A DNA stretch of 64,000 bases from an uncultured Acidobacteriota bacterium (GTDB lineage: Bacteria > Acidobacteriota > Vicinamibacteria > Vicinamibacterales > CAVVIG01): positions 2,818,165 through 2,882,164 of the forward strand of contig CAVWRG010000003.1 of NCBI GenBank assembly GCA_963757355.1. The letters are read 5' to 3'. Positions 38,064-48,057 of the stretch are shown piece by piece. The position numbers and the translations under genes are program-made. Within the stretch, counting starts at the first letter, position 1. The number at the start of each line of letters is the position of its first letter. The notes under the pieces were generated by a model, which saw nothing but the letters and a program-made list of their open reading frames with translations, made no database searches and was not told the DNA's origin.

Positions 38064-40760
38064 TGCCGCACGAGCCGCGCACCGTCGACGGACGCATCGA
38101 GCGCGATGTGGACGATGAGATCGCGTTCCACATCGAGAGCCGCGTGAGCGCGTTGGTGGCGCACGGACAGTCGGAAGCAACAGCGCGGCGAATGGCCGAG
38201 GCCGAGTTTGGCGACGTCCGCGCCTCACGGCGCGAGCTCACCTCTGTGGACCGCCATCGGCGGCGGCGCGAGCGGATCACGCAGTGGCTCGACGCGGCCG
38301 CGCAAGATGTCCGCCACGGCGTCCGCTCGCTTCGACGGTCGCCCGCGTTCACGATCGCCGCCGTGCTTACGCTGGTCATCGGCATCGGGGCCAGCGTCGC
38401 GATCTTTGCGGTCGTGGACGGCGTGCTGCTCCGTCCCCTCCCATATGGAAATCCCGAACGGCTCGTTGCCGCCTGGCACGACATGCCGTCAATCGGGTTG
38501 ATCCACCAGCCGCAATCGCCGCCGACCTACTTCACGTATCTCCGGCTCGCGCGGACCATCGAGGGTATCGGCGTCTACCGCGAAGGCGAAGTGAACGTCG
38601 CCGACCCTCGCGGCGGCGTCGAGCCGCAGCGTGTCATCTCGGCATCGATCTCGGCGACTCTCATTCCGGTGCTCCAACTGCCGCCGATCCTCGGCCACGC
38701 GTTCACCGACGCCGAAGATCGCCCCGGCGCACCGCCCGTCATGCTCATCGGTGAGGCGATGTGGCGCGTGCGTTTCGGCGCCGATCCCGGCATCATCGGC
38801 CGCCGGCTCGATGTGAACGGTGTCAGTCGTGAGATCACGGGTGTCCTGCCGGCGCGCTTTCAGATGCCGACCGCCGCGACCCAGCTGTGGATGCCGCTCC
38901 AGCTCGACGCCGTCAATCCGCCGGCCACGGCATTTGCCTACAACGCCATCGTTCGCCTGAAGCCTGGCGTGACGGTCGCCGACGCGCAGCGCGATTTCGC
39001 GGCGGTGCTCCCGCGGGCGCCAGATGTCGTGCCGCTGTTCGTCCCCGGTATGTCGACGCGGCAGATCATGGATCAGGCGCGGCCAACGCCCGTGCTGGTG
39101 CCGCTGCGGGCGGACATCACGAGCGGAATCGCCGGGACGCTCTGGGCGGTTGCCGGCGCCGCGGCGCTGTTGCTGCTTGTCGCCTGCGCCAACGTCGCGA
39201 ACCTGACGCTCGTGAGGGCCGACGCCCGTCAGCGTGAACTCGCCGTCCGTGACGCGCTCGGCGCCGGGCGCGGACGGATCGCGCTGCACTTCGTGACCGA
39301 GTCCGCGATTGTCGCGGCGGTCGCGTCCCTGATCGGACTCCTGCTCGCGGCGGCTGCGGTCCGAGCCTTCGTGAGCGGAGGACCCGCCGGCGTCCCGCGA
39401 CTCGCCGAGGTGCGCATCGACGCGACGACCATGCTGTTCACACTCGTCGTCGCCGTGTTCGTGGCGATGGCGTGCAGTCTGATGCCGGCGATCCGCGCGG
39501 CGCGCGGCGCTCTCGCGATCCGCGAGGGCGGGCGGAGCGGCACGGCTGGGCGCGGTCAACATCGCTTACGCGGCGGACTGGTGGCGGCGCAAATCGCGCT
39601 CGCGCTCGTGGCGCTCTCGGGGGCCGGCCTGCTGGTGCGGACGTTCCAGCGTCTCAACGCGATCCATCCGGGCTGGAATCCCGATCACGTCTCGACCTTC
39701 TGGCTGTCGCTGCCCCGCGCCACCTACCAGACAGACGCGTCCGTCGTCCAGTTCTACTCGCGGCTGGTCCAGCATGTCGCCGCGCTGCCCGGCGTGCAGA
39801 CGGTCGGGCTGACATCGCGGCTGCCGCTCGAGGCGCACGGGGTCAATCCGAACCCGCTCTATCCCGAAGACGATCCATCGGTACGCGACCAAGCTGCCGC
39901 CGCTGCAACTGTTCGGCGCCGTGAACGGCGATTACTTCCGCGCGATGGGCATCCCGCTGTTGACGGGCAGGACCTTCGATCAGATAGAGGCGCAGCGCGA
40001 GGGCGACGCGATTATCTCGCGCCGTACCGCGGAGGTCTTCTGGAAAGACCCGACGGGCGTCGCCGCGTTGGGAAGGCGCTTTCGCCCGTTGCCGACGGCC
40101 CGCTGGTATACGGTCATCGGCGTTGTTGGCGATACCCGCGAGACAACGCTCGCCGGCGAGCCCTCACAGGCGGTGTATTTCCCGCTGACAGCGGAGCCGA
40201 AGACGCTCGCGACAGGGCAGCGCACGCTGGCGCTGGTGGTTCGCACGACCGGCGAACCCACGTCGATTGCTCCGGCCGTGCAGCAAGCCGTGCGCGAGCT
40301 CGATCCGACCCAGCCCATTTTCGACGTGCGGCCGATGACGGCGGTGTTCAGCGCGGCGACCGCGCAATTGTCGTTCATCATTCTGCTCCTCGGCGGCGCC
40401 GCGGCGGTGACGCTGATGCTCGGCGCCGTCGGACTCTATGGTGTGCTGGCGTACGTGGTCACGCTGCGCCGACGCGAATTGGGCATTCGCATGGCGCTCG
40501 GTGCCTCACCACGCGCGGTGGCGATGGCGATGACGCGCTATGGCGTCGCGCTGACCGGCGTTGGCATCATGTGCGGGCTGGCAATCTTCGCGCTCGTCGC
40601 GCGATTCCTGCGCCTGCTGCTGTTCGGCGTGGCGCCGAGCGATCCGCTCACGCTCGGCAGCTCGGCGCTGATTCTCGTCGCGATTGCGATGTTGGCGAGT
40701 TGGGTGCCGGCACGACGGGCGGCGCGCGTCGATCCGGCAGACGCGTTACGGGCCGAATAG
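38063..40760 (+). pseudogene. ADOP permease with +1 frameshift near 39880 (real or sequencing error)
   Basis: TGATG coupling to padR3; removing one G in TCGGTAC restores PEDDPSYATKLPPLQLFGAVNGDYF and joins ORF 39921-40760. Confidence 0.85.
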
Positions 40761-40849
40761 CGCGCAATGAACCGCTGAGTTATTGCGATGGCGCGGAGTC
40801 AGTCGCGGCATCGCCGGCGGCAGATCGCCCGAAGGAGTCAGCCGTGCAT

Positions 40850-40883
40850 GCAGGACTCGAACCTTCGGCCCCCGGCTTAGAAG
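40850..40883 (-). repeat. Degenerate tRNA-Arg 3'-half copy (att site)
   Basis: GGACTCGAACCTTCGGCCCCCGGCTTAGAAG vs tRNA GACTCGAACGCGGGACCCCCGGCTTAGAAG; displaced TGGCGCG at 40789. Confidence 0.7.
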
Positions 40884-40938
40884 TTCCGCGAACCCCGAGC
40901 CGCTACGCATTGTCAGTCATTTGTCAGTCGACTTTCGC

Positions 40939-41235
40939 CTACTCCCGGAACAGCGCTTCGAGATCGCGGCTGCCTCGGGCGACGCGAACGATCGCCACAT
41001 CGGCGCCCTCGACGCGGTACAGAACGACGTAATCGCCCACAGGAAAACCGCGTATGCCGGGCCGGAGATCATCACGAGATCGACCAGCCTGCGGGTACGC
41101 GTCAAGTAAATCGAACCGCTCGGCTATCGACTGGATCACGCGCTCGGCGATCTCGACATTGCCGCTTTCGAGATACACGTAGAAGGCGATGTCCTCGAGG
41201 TCCGCGTCCGCTTGCGGTGAGAGCCGATATGCCAT
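40939..41235 (-). CDS. parE: RelE/ParE family toxin
   Basis: YRLSPQADADLEDI...GRSRDDLRPGIRGFPVGDYVVLYR...IVRVARGSRDL. Confidence 0.9.
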   Translation of the reverse strand: MAYRLSPQADADLEDIAFYVYLESGNVEIAERVIQSIAERFDLLDAYPQAGRSRDDLRPGIRGFPVGDYVVLYRVEGADVAIVRVARGSRDLEALFRE

Positions 41236-41519
41236 CAGCGCGAGGCGTCGGAACGCTCGGCTGCGATTCGGCGACGGAGGCGCTGCTTGATTTCATCGAC
41301 CAGAGCCGGTGTCGACTCCTTCGTGAACACCCGTCCTTCGCCGCGTGCCAGCGAAGCGTCGGCTTCATCGATCATCGAGATGATCTCAATCCGCCTGCGC
41401 TCGCGTTCTTCCCACAGCGCCAACGCCTCGCGTACCGCTTCTTCCTCACGGCTGAACCGGCCGGTGTCGATCGCTCGCTGAACGAAGGCGCGCTGGTCGG
41501 GGGTCAGTTCGACGTTCAT
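41235..41519 (-). CDS. parD: ParD-like ribbon-helix-helix antitoxin
   Basis: MNVELTPDQRAFVQRAIDTGRF...VREAL; coupled to the toxin. Confidence 0.85.
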   Translation of the reverse strand: MNVELTPDQRAFVQRAIDTGRFSREEEAVREALALWEERERRRIEIISMIDEADASLARGEGRVFTKESTPALVDEIKQRLRRRIAAERSDASR

Positions 41520-41531
41520 GCACTCACCTCG

Positions 41532-41732
41532 TCACAGCCGCCCTGTTGCGAATTGCAGGACTGCCGGGATGTCTTCGGCTTCGAGGTAGGGATAATCGGC
41601 CAGGATCTCTTCCCGCGTCGCTCCGGCCGCGAGGAGATCGAGCACGTCCTTCACGCGAATGCGAAGGCCGCGAATGCACGGCCGGCCGCCACAGACGTCC
41701 GAACTCATCGTGATTCGGTCTATCGCGCTCAT
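41532..41732 (-). CDS. DUF433 domain protein
   Basis: CGGRPCIRGLRIRVKDVLDLLAAGATREEILADYPYLEAEDI. Confidence 0.9.
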   Translation of the reverse strand: MSAIDRITMSSDVCGGRPCIRGLRIRVKDVLDLLAAGATREEILADYPYLEAEDIPAVLQFATGRL

Positions 41733-41792
41733 GTTATCTCCACCGGCCGAGTGACCTCGACTATGGCCATTGTAACGCGTCCATTACGCCAT

Positions 41793-41885
41793 CTACCGGT
41801 CTTCTGCATAACGCATCGCCGTCTGAATGTCCTCACGCGTAAGGCGCGGATACGCGTCGAGGAGATCTCCGAGACCACAACGATC
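41793..41885 (-). pseudogene. Second DUF433 C-terminal fragment
   Basis: DLLDAYPRLTREDIQTAMRYAED*. Confidence 0.6.
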
Positions 41886-42073
41886 GCCCAGCCGATCCGC
41901 GTTCGGGCGACCTTCGACATCTCCGTGAGCTGGGGCTGATGGAGACAACCCGTGTGCCCGGCTCGCGGGACTACGCTGTGTCCCTGACGAAGGAGGGCCG
42001 CAGCCTGCTCGAGAGCCATCGTGACCGCGACATGGGCGGCAGCCAGACCTTCTACGCGGGCGCCAAACGCGAG

Positions 42074-42161
42074 CGGGCTCGCCTTCCTGCACGACTGGGA
42101 GAGCGGTCAGTGGTCGATCACGGAGCTGTGCGAGCGCTACGGCGTGAGCCGCCCCACGGGC
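42074..42161 (+). pseudogene. IS481-like transposase N-terminal HTH fragment
   Basis: LAFLHDWESGQWSITELCERYGVSRPTG. Confidence 0.65.
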
Positions 42162-42229
42162 CAATACATGCGGTGGATGCACCAAGCCGAACAGCGGTTT
42201 CATCAACTGCGGATCTGACAAAGTCGGTA

Positions 42230-43282
42230 CTAGTGGACCGTACTCGCTGAAGTACTACCAATGTGACGCGCCGGATTGCGGTAGGCCCAGCGGATCGGCT
42301 TTGGTGCCTGGTTATAGCGATGGATATATCGCCGAATCTTGCGAGCCAAATCGGCGACGGATGTAAAGATGCCGCGCGCGAGGAGGTCTCGCTCAATCTT
42401 CGAAAACCAGAGTTCGACTTGGTTGAGCCATGACGAATAGGTGGGCGTGAAGTGCAGCTGCACGTTCGGATGCGCGAGCAGGAAGGTGCGCACCGCTTGC
42501 GTTTTGTGGGTCGAGAGATTGTCCGCGATGACGTGAATCTCGCGCCGCCTGGGCTGACTGGCGACGATGTCGCCGAGGAAGTCGACAAACGCGGCGCTAG
42601 TGTGCCGCGGTACCGTCTGACCGAGCACTTCGCCGGACTGAGTATTCAGCGCGGCGAAGAGCGACAACGTACCGTGCCGGTAGTACTCGAAGCCGTGTCG
42701 CTCGGCGCGGCCGGGCGAGAGCGGCAGCACGGGATCGCGGCGATCGAGCGCCTGAATGGCCGTCTTCTCGTCGACCGCGAAGACGGCCGCATGGTCCGGC
42801 GGATTGACGTACAGCCCGATCACGTCGGCCGCTTTCGGTTCGAAGTCGGGGTCGTCCGACTGCATGTACCGCTCGAACCGATGCGGCTGCAATCGGGCGC
42901 GCCGCCACGCTTTGGCCACGAGGTTATGGTGAATCTTCAACACGCGACCGAGCTTGCGCGTGCTCCAGTGCGTACTGCCGTCGGACGGCGGCTGCCGCGT
43001 TTTCTCGAGAATGCGGGCCTCCATCGCCGGGGTCAGCACCGTGGGCGGTTGGCCGCGATAGCGCGGCTGCAGCCCGTCGAGTCGCTGCGCGAGAAATCGT
43101 TTCCGCCAACGGTTGATGTAGTCACGAAAGCACGGGACCGTCGTTTCGATCATCGAGTACGGCGCGCCGTCGGCCAGCATCAGAATCACGCGTGCGCGCC
43201 GCGCGTCCTCCGCGCGAATCTTGAGACTCCGCAGACGACGCTCCAATTCAGCTCGTTCATCAACAGTCAGTGTCAGCGCCAT
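42230..43282 (-). CDS. IS630-family transposase
   Basis: THWSTRKL, VDEKTAIQAL, EYYRHGT, IADNLSTHK, PTYSSWLNQVELWF. Confidence 0.95.
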   Translation of the reverse strand: MALTLTVDERAELERRLRSLKIRAEDARRARVILMLADGAPYSMIETTVPCFRDYINRWRKRFLAQRLDGLQPRYRGQPPTVLTPAMEARILEKTRQPPSDGSTHWSTRKLGRVLKIHHNLVAKAWRRARLQPHRFERYMQSDDPDFEPKAADVIGLYVNPPDHAAVFAVDEKTAIQALDRRDPVLPLSPGRAERHGFEYYRHGTLSLFAALNTQSGEVLGQTVPRHTSAAFVDFLGDIVASQPRRREIHVIADNLSTHKTQAVRTFLLAHPNVQLHFTPTYSSWLNQVELWFSKIERDLLARGIFTSVADLARKIRRYIHRYNQAPKPIRWAYRNPARHIGSTSASTVH

Positions 43283-43332
43283 ATGGCGCGACAGCGTACC
43301 AGGTACCTACTTCAGTGAGTACAAGCCACTAG
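42230..43332 (-). mobile_element. IS630-family insertion sequence
   Basis: Inverted ends CTAGTGGACCGTACTCGCTGAAGTA / TACTTCAGTGAGTACAAGCCACTAG, with CTAG (TA) junctions. Confidence 0.9.
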
Positions 43333-43353
43333 TGGCTGGCTCGCCATGAGGCC

Positions 43354-43506
43354 GGTGGCGCCAGCAGCGGCATCGGTCTCGCGACGGCCAGGCTCTTCGC
43401 GGATGAGGGTGCACGCGTGTTCGTGACCGGCCGACGGCAGACGGAGCTCGATGCGGCGGTCACGAAGATCGGAGGTGGCGTTACCGCCGTCCAAAGTGAC
43501 ATCACC
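43354..43506 (+). pseudogene. SDR oxidoreductase N-terminal fragment
   Basis: [36 protein letters not shown]. Confidence 0.8.
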
Positions 43507-43666
43507 TACTCGTCGCAGCAGCGATCGGCGGGCTTGTCATCGTTGTATGGATCCGGCGAGGCCAGGGCGGCAGGAAACCCCAGGCGGGACGCGGGTGAGC
43601 GTCCCGCTATGGCCCCCCGGTCCTGTTCGCTTTAGCGGCAGGAGGCGCGGTGAGCCCGGTTGCCGC

Positions 43667-46138
43667 TTAGTCTTGGCGCAACGCGTTCATTGGGTCGATG
43701 AGCGAGGCGCGCCAGGCTGGCACAAGCGACGCGATCACGCCGATGACGAGAAATGTGGCGGAAGCCGCGATGGTGATCGCGGGATCATTCGGGCCGACGC
43801 CGTATAGCTGCGATCGTATGAGCCTCGCCCCCGCAAGCGCGCACGGAACGCCGATGGCGACGCCGGACACCACGATGGTCAACCCCTCGCGCAGAATCAT
43901 CCGCACGACTCGTCCGCGGGTTGCGCCTAACGCGAGCCGAACACCAATTTCGCGGAGACGCGAAACCACGGCGTACGCCAGCAGGCCATACACCCCGATG
44001 CACGCGAGTATCAGGGTCAGCACGGCAGCGAAGGTCGACAATCCTGCGGTCAGCCGTTCCTGCAGCAGCGCGTGGTCGACCCACTGATCTACTGTGAAGA
44101 CAGCCCGCACGAAATGCCGCCCCTGTGATGCCACCACTCGCGCGTACCCGGCCCGTACGGTCTTCACATCACCCGTGACGCGCACGTGCGCGAGGGGGTA
44201 CAGCGCCTTCGCCGGCTCCTGCAGAATCGGCCTGAACACGACCGGCTGATGCGGCTCACGAATCGTGCCGATCGCGGTGTCCGCGACCACTCCGATGATG
44301 TCGAATTCCTTCGTGGTTTGACCGGAGGTTGTGCGGAGGCGACGACCGACTGCTTCGTCGCCGGAAAACAGTCGGTGGGCGAGGCTCTCGCTGACCATCG
44401 CGACCGAGGGCGCGCTCCCGTCGTCTGCCCACGTGAAGTCGCGTCCTCTCAGCCGCGGAATGCCGACCGTGCTGAAGAAGCCCGGCGACACAAATTCCGT
44501 CAGCCCCGCGATCTCGGCCGACGCGCGGGCATCGGTACGCGAATACCGATCCGTGGGGAGCTGACCTGGAAATCCGAGATACGCAGGGAAGTACACGGAG
44601 AGCGCAGCGGCATCCGCCCCCGGAAGCGCCTCGAGGTTCCGAAGCAACGCCTGTAAATACACCCCGTTAATCCGCTCGTGATCGCCGGGCGTGGGGTCGA
44701 GGGGTGCCCACACAATGCGGCGTGTATGGAGCGAGCCGTCGTTGGCCCGCAATCGTGTCAACGTGCTCACGAATAAACCGGCCCCAACAAGCAGGACCAG
44801 CGACAGCGCCACTTGCGCGATGAGCAGCAGCCGGCCTGACCGGCCGAGCGTTCCGGCGATCGCGCGACCCGGTCGCAAACCGTCCGCCATCCGACTGCGC
44901 ACAGATTGACACGCTGGAGGGATGCCAATCGCGACGCCGATCACGAGCGTGAGCACAGTCAGGACACCGAGGACGCGCACATCTGGAGCCAGGCTCCGTA
45001 GCAGCGGTGTGGCGCGGGCGATTGTCATCATCGCTGTGAGGACTCTGATCGTCCACCAAGTCAAGGGCAGCGCGGCCACGAGTCCGCCGAACGCCAGCAG
45101 AACACCGTCGATCAGAATCTGCTGAACGATACGACCACGACTGGCACCGAGCGCGAGTCTCACCGCAATCTGATGGCGTCGTCTGAGCGAGCGTGCGAAC
45201 AGCAAACCGGCGAGGTTGATGCACCCAATCGCCAACAGCACGCCGGCGAGCGCCACCAGCACCACGAGAGTGGTTCCGTACAGTACGCGGAACCCCGAGA
45301 ATCCCGACGCGAGCGACTCCACCTCGAGGCGTTGCGAGCGTAATGCCTGTTCTTCGGCCGCCGGCAGCGACGGTGGCGCGGTGGCTTCCTGAATGGCGGG
45401 CCAGCGGGCACCCAGTTCGGCGCGGGCCTGGGCCAACGTGGCGCCGGGCCCGAGTCGACCAACCATGTATCTCGCGCGCAAGGCTCGCGTATCTCCGGAC
45501 AGCGATCGCGCGACCGCAATCGGCAGGAACACGTCGGCCCCGCTGTCGGATTCCAGCCCATTGAATCCAGCGGCCGTCACGCCCACGATCGTGACCGGCT
45601 TCCCGTCCATCCTGACCGTTTCGCCGATCATGGGCGCGTCGCCGAAGAGCCGTTGACGAAATCGATCGCTGATCACCGCGACCGATTCGCGTGCGCTGTC
45701 GGCGTCCGTAAAGAATCGCCCCGTTCCGACTCTTGCGCCCAGCAAGCCGAAGTACTCCGGCGTCACGCTTTCAAAGACGGCGTCGGCCGTCCCGTTGGGA
45801 GCTTCGACGCGCAGGAGTCCCGACGAATACAGCGACATTCCCGAGAACGCGTGCTGCACACGCCGGTACGCGTCGAACGCATCGGCGAAAATCAGCCGAG
45901 CCTGGTTCGTTCGAACGTCGGTGGCTGAAATCGAGACGAGCCGACCCGGATCCGCTGCGGAGACGCGTCGCAGCACAATGGCGTTCACCAGACTACCGAT
46001 GGTGGTCGTCGCGCCAATCGCAAGGGCGACCGTCAGGGTCACAGCGAGCGTAAAGCCCGGTGACTGACGAAGCCCTCGCAGCGAATAACGGACGTCGACC
46101 CGCAGCGCATCCCATATGGAATCGAAATATCGATGCAT
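43667..46138 (-). CDS. ADOP duplicated ABC permease
   Basis: DVRYSLRGLRQSPGF, GCINLAGLL, PAWRASLIDPMNALRQD. Confidence 0.93.
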   Translation of the reverse strand: MHRYFDSIWDALRVDVRYSLRGLRQSPGFTLAVTLTVALAIGATTTIGSLVNAIVLRRVSAADPGRLVSISATDVRTNQARLIFADAFDAYRRVQHAFSGMSLYSSGLLRVEAPNGTADAVFESVTPEYFGLLGARVGTGRFFTDADSARESVAVISDRFRQRLFGDAPMIGETVRMDGKPVTIVGVTAAGFNGLESDSGADVFLPIAVARSLSGDTRALRARYMVGRLGPGATLAQARAELGARWPAIQEATAPPSLPAAEEQALRSQRLEVESLASGFSGFRVLYGTTLVVLVALAGVLLAIGCINLAGLLFARSLRRRHQIAVRLALGASRGRIVQQILIDGVLLAFGGLVAALPLTWWTIRVLTAMMTIARATPLLRSLAPDVRVLGVLTVLTLVIGVAIGIPPACQSVRSRMADGLRPGRAIAGTLGRSGRLLLIAQVALSLVLLVGAGLFVSTLTRLRANDGSLHTRRIVWAPLDPTPGDHERINGVYLQALLRNLEALPGADAAALSVYFPAYLGFPGQLPTDRYSRTDARASAEIAGLTEFVSPGFFSTVGIPRLRGRDFTWADDGSAPSVAMVSESLAHRLFSGDEAVGRRLRTTSGQTTKEFDIIGVVADTAIGTIREPHQPVVFRPILQEPAKALYPLAHVRVTGDVKTVRAGYARVVASQGRHFVRAVFTVDQWVDHALLQERLTAGLSTFAAVLTLILACIGVYGLLAYAVVSRLREIGVRLALGATRGRVVRMILREGLTIVVSGVAIGVPCALAGARLIRSQLYGVGPNDPAITIAASATFLVIGVIASLVPAWRASLIDPMNALRQD

Positions 46139-46143
46139 GCGCT

Positions 46144-46656
46144 TCAACCGCCGTTCAACGACAACGCCTTGAGACCCAACCACGTTTCCAGGCAGAGCGC
46201 AGTCATCGCGATTCTTGTGTTCGACCCCCGATATCCCGCCCTCATCGCTTCGAGCGCGGTTTGGAACGGTTTGCGCTCGACGACCCGCAGTTCGGCCAAC
46301 TGGTCACCGGTCACGAAGTGTGAGATTCGTGGCCACGCAGCGCGTAGACCCTCAAGAAGCGCGGAAGAAAACGCGATTTGACAGTGCCCTGTCCGCACGG
46401 CTTCCGGCAAGATCCCACGCAAACCGCGGCGCATTAGGAGGCGCTCCTCGTTGGGCCGGACGATATGGGCCCAGTCAAGGGCGAGCATGAATTCGACGAG
46501 CGGCCGGTACGCAAAGGGCAAGCGTTCATCGGGCAGCGACCGGTTATATGGAAGGAAAGACAAGGTCCACCGATATGCACGTTCCCGCGCGTCATCCGCC
46601 ATAGCGCGGTTGACTGCTCCCATCGAAACGAACCCCAGTGGGAATTTCTGTATCAC
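46144..46656 (-). pseudogene. C-terminal fragment of an asparagine-synthetase-like (lasso cyclase-like) protein
   Basis: RLPFAYRPLVEFMLAL...ERLLMRRGLRGILPEAVR...LCLETWL; N-terminal part absent. Confidence 0.65.
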
Positions 46657-46752
46657 TAAAGCATTGAAAGGGCAAGTGACGGTCTATATCGAGCGCGTGC
46701 GAGTCAATCTGCTACCGATTGTTAGTCACTTGTCAGTCGGACCTTCAAAAAG

Positions 46753-46853
46753 TGGCGCGCCCGGCCCGCCTTCGTTCATGAACAACGCAGAACTTCGGCG
46801 CGCCTCGGGTGGCCTGCCAACCATAGCTCGCCTAAAAATCCGTGAGCGAAGGT
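46753..46853. repeat. ~100-bp palindromic micro-element in the att/tRNA 3' end
   Basis: TGGCGCGCCCG duplicated (46753, 46854); hairpins CGCCTTCGTTC..GAACTTCGGCG and GCCAACCATAGCTCGC..GTGAGCGAAGGTTGGC. Confidence 0.6.
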
Positions 46854-46897
46854 TGGCGCGCCCGCAGTGACTCGAACGCGGACCCCCGGCTTAGAAG
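46854..46897 (-). repeat. tRNA-Arg 3'-half duplication (att site)
   Basis: TGGCGCGCCCGCAGTGACTCGAACGCGGACCCCCGGCTTAGAAG nearly identical to 58098-58142; ends at the anticodon loop. Confidence 0.9.
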
Positions 46898-47145
46898 ACA
46901 GTGGCATATGCTCGAAGGCTATGCGCGTCAGCGCCTTGCGGCGCTACCCACCCGGGCTACCCACGCGAACGTGTTACGCGGCGGGCCACTGATTCTCAGA
47001 CGAAATCGTGGTGCCTTGGTTAGGCACGATCTTATGCGTTGTGCTAGCCTGCCACGTCTTCGCGTCTGGCGAGGCCTGCTGATCGACGTCCTTGGGGAGG
47101 AGCGATCAACAACCGGCCGCTTCGAGGATCTGCCAAGGAGGCTCC

Positions 47146-47728
47146 ATGATTCGCGCGGGATTCGAGACGACAGATCCACGGACTCAGACTCGAACAGGTC
47201 CTGGTCAAGGCCGCGGAGGAGACTGGCGGACGTGGGTGGGTCCTCGAGGTGCATTGTCCGGAGGGTGCACCTGCAGCTTCTCCCGCTCATATCCATGACA
47301 CCTGGGTCGAGACGTTCGAGATCCTCGAGGGGACGGCTGCGTATCTGTTGGGGGGCGAGCAGCGGACGTTGAGGAAAGGCGAGAACGTTCTCATGCCGGC
47401 AGGCGTTCCGCACGTCCACCCGTGGAACACGGGGGCAGAAGAGATGGTCTACCGTCAGACCAATGACGGAGCGACGACTCCTGATGCAGCGACAGAGGTG
47501 CTGGGCGCGCTTGCAACTTTGAATGGACTGGCTCGCGAAGGGCGCGTTGGGAAGAGCGGCTTACCAAAGAATCCCCTTCAGTTTGTTGCGACAGGCCGGA
47601 TTTACATGAAGCACGGCGTGTACGACGCAGCGGTCCCTATTCCGATCCAGAAGGGGTTCGCCGCCGCACTCGGACCACTGGCGGAAGCGCTTGGGTACCG
47701 AGGCGTCTACGATCGGTACTTGCGTTAG
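47146..47728 (+). pseudogene. Cupin-domain protein with +1 frameshift near 47197
   Basis: AAGGAGG RBS; MIRAGFETTDPRTQTRT(+G)VLVKAAEETGGRGWVLE...AHIH...ETFEILEG...PAGVPHVHPWN. Confidence 0.75.
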
Positions 47729-47858
47729 GCAGGAGTGGCCGAAAACGCACGGCCTAAGCGCTCGCAGCCATTGGCGGCCAACACACCTTCAGATCCGCAG
47801 CTGAGGTCGACGTCTCCCGTTCCTTCGCGTGGGCACATTCTGGTGAGCGGGTCCAGAC

Positions 47859-47950
47859 GCCGATTTCGGTCAGGATGCTGACATAATCCGGTCCGCCATC
47901 CAGCGATGGCACTCGCGAGTTTAGTCGTGACTAAAATCCAAGCGCATGAC
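47859..47950 (+). repeat. 92-bp direct repeat, copy 1
   Basis: 76/92 identical to 50848-50939 by manual alignment; contains palindrome TTTAGTCGTGACTAAA. Confidence 0.9.
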
Positions 47951-48057
47951 GCCATCACAGTGCGGTTCTGATCTGCGGGCCTGCGCGCGTCTTGTCGTCG
48001 TTCGCCGGGTGATACCAGTCGTGGGTTTTGCCCGACAGTAACACCGTCTCCTCTTAG

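Larger units (their letters stand above)
40884..46752. mobile_element. Degenerate integrative island B
   Basis: Between two tRNA-Arg fragments; ATTGTYAGTCAYTTGTCAGTCG at both ends (40909-40930, 46718-46739); no integrase seen. Confidence 0.65.

Noticed and set aside
37631..41032. 1133-aa ORF in the track
   Set aside because: Chimera: off-frame reading over padR3, the N-terminal ADOP part, then out-of-frame tail after the frameshift
46854..46897. Second functional tRNA
   Set aside because: Only the 3' half is present; no D-arm or 5' acceptor strand
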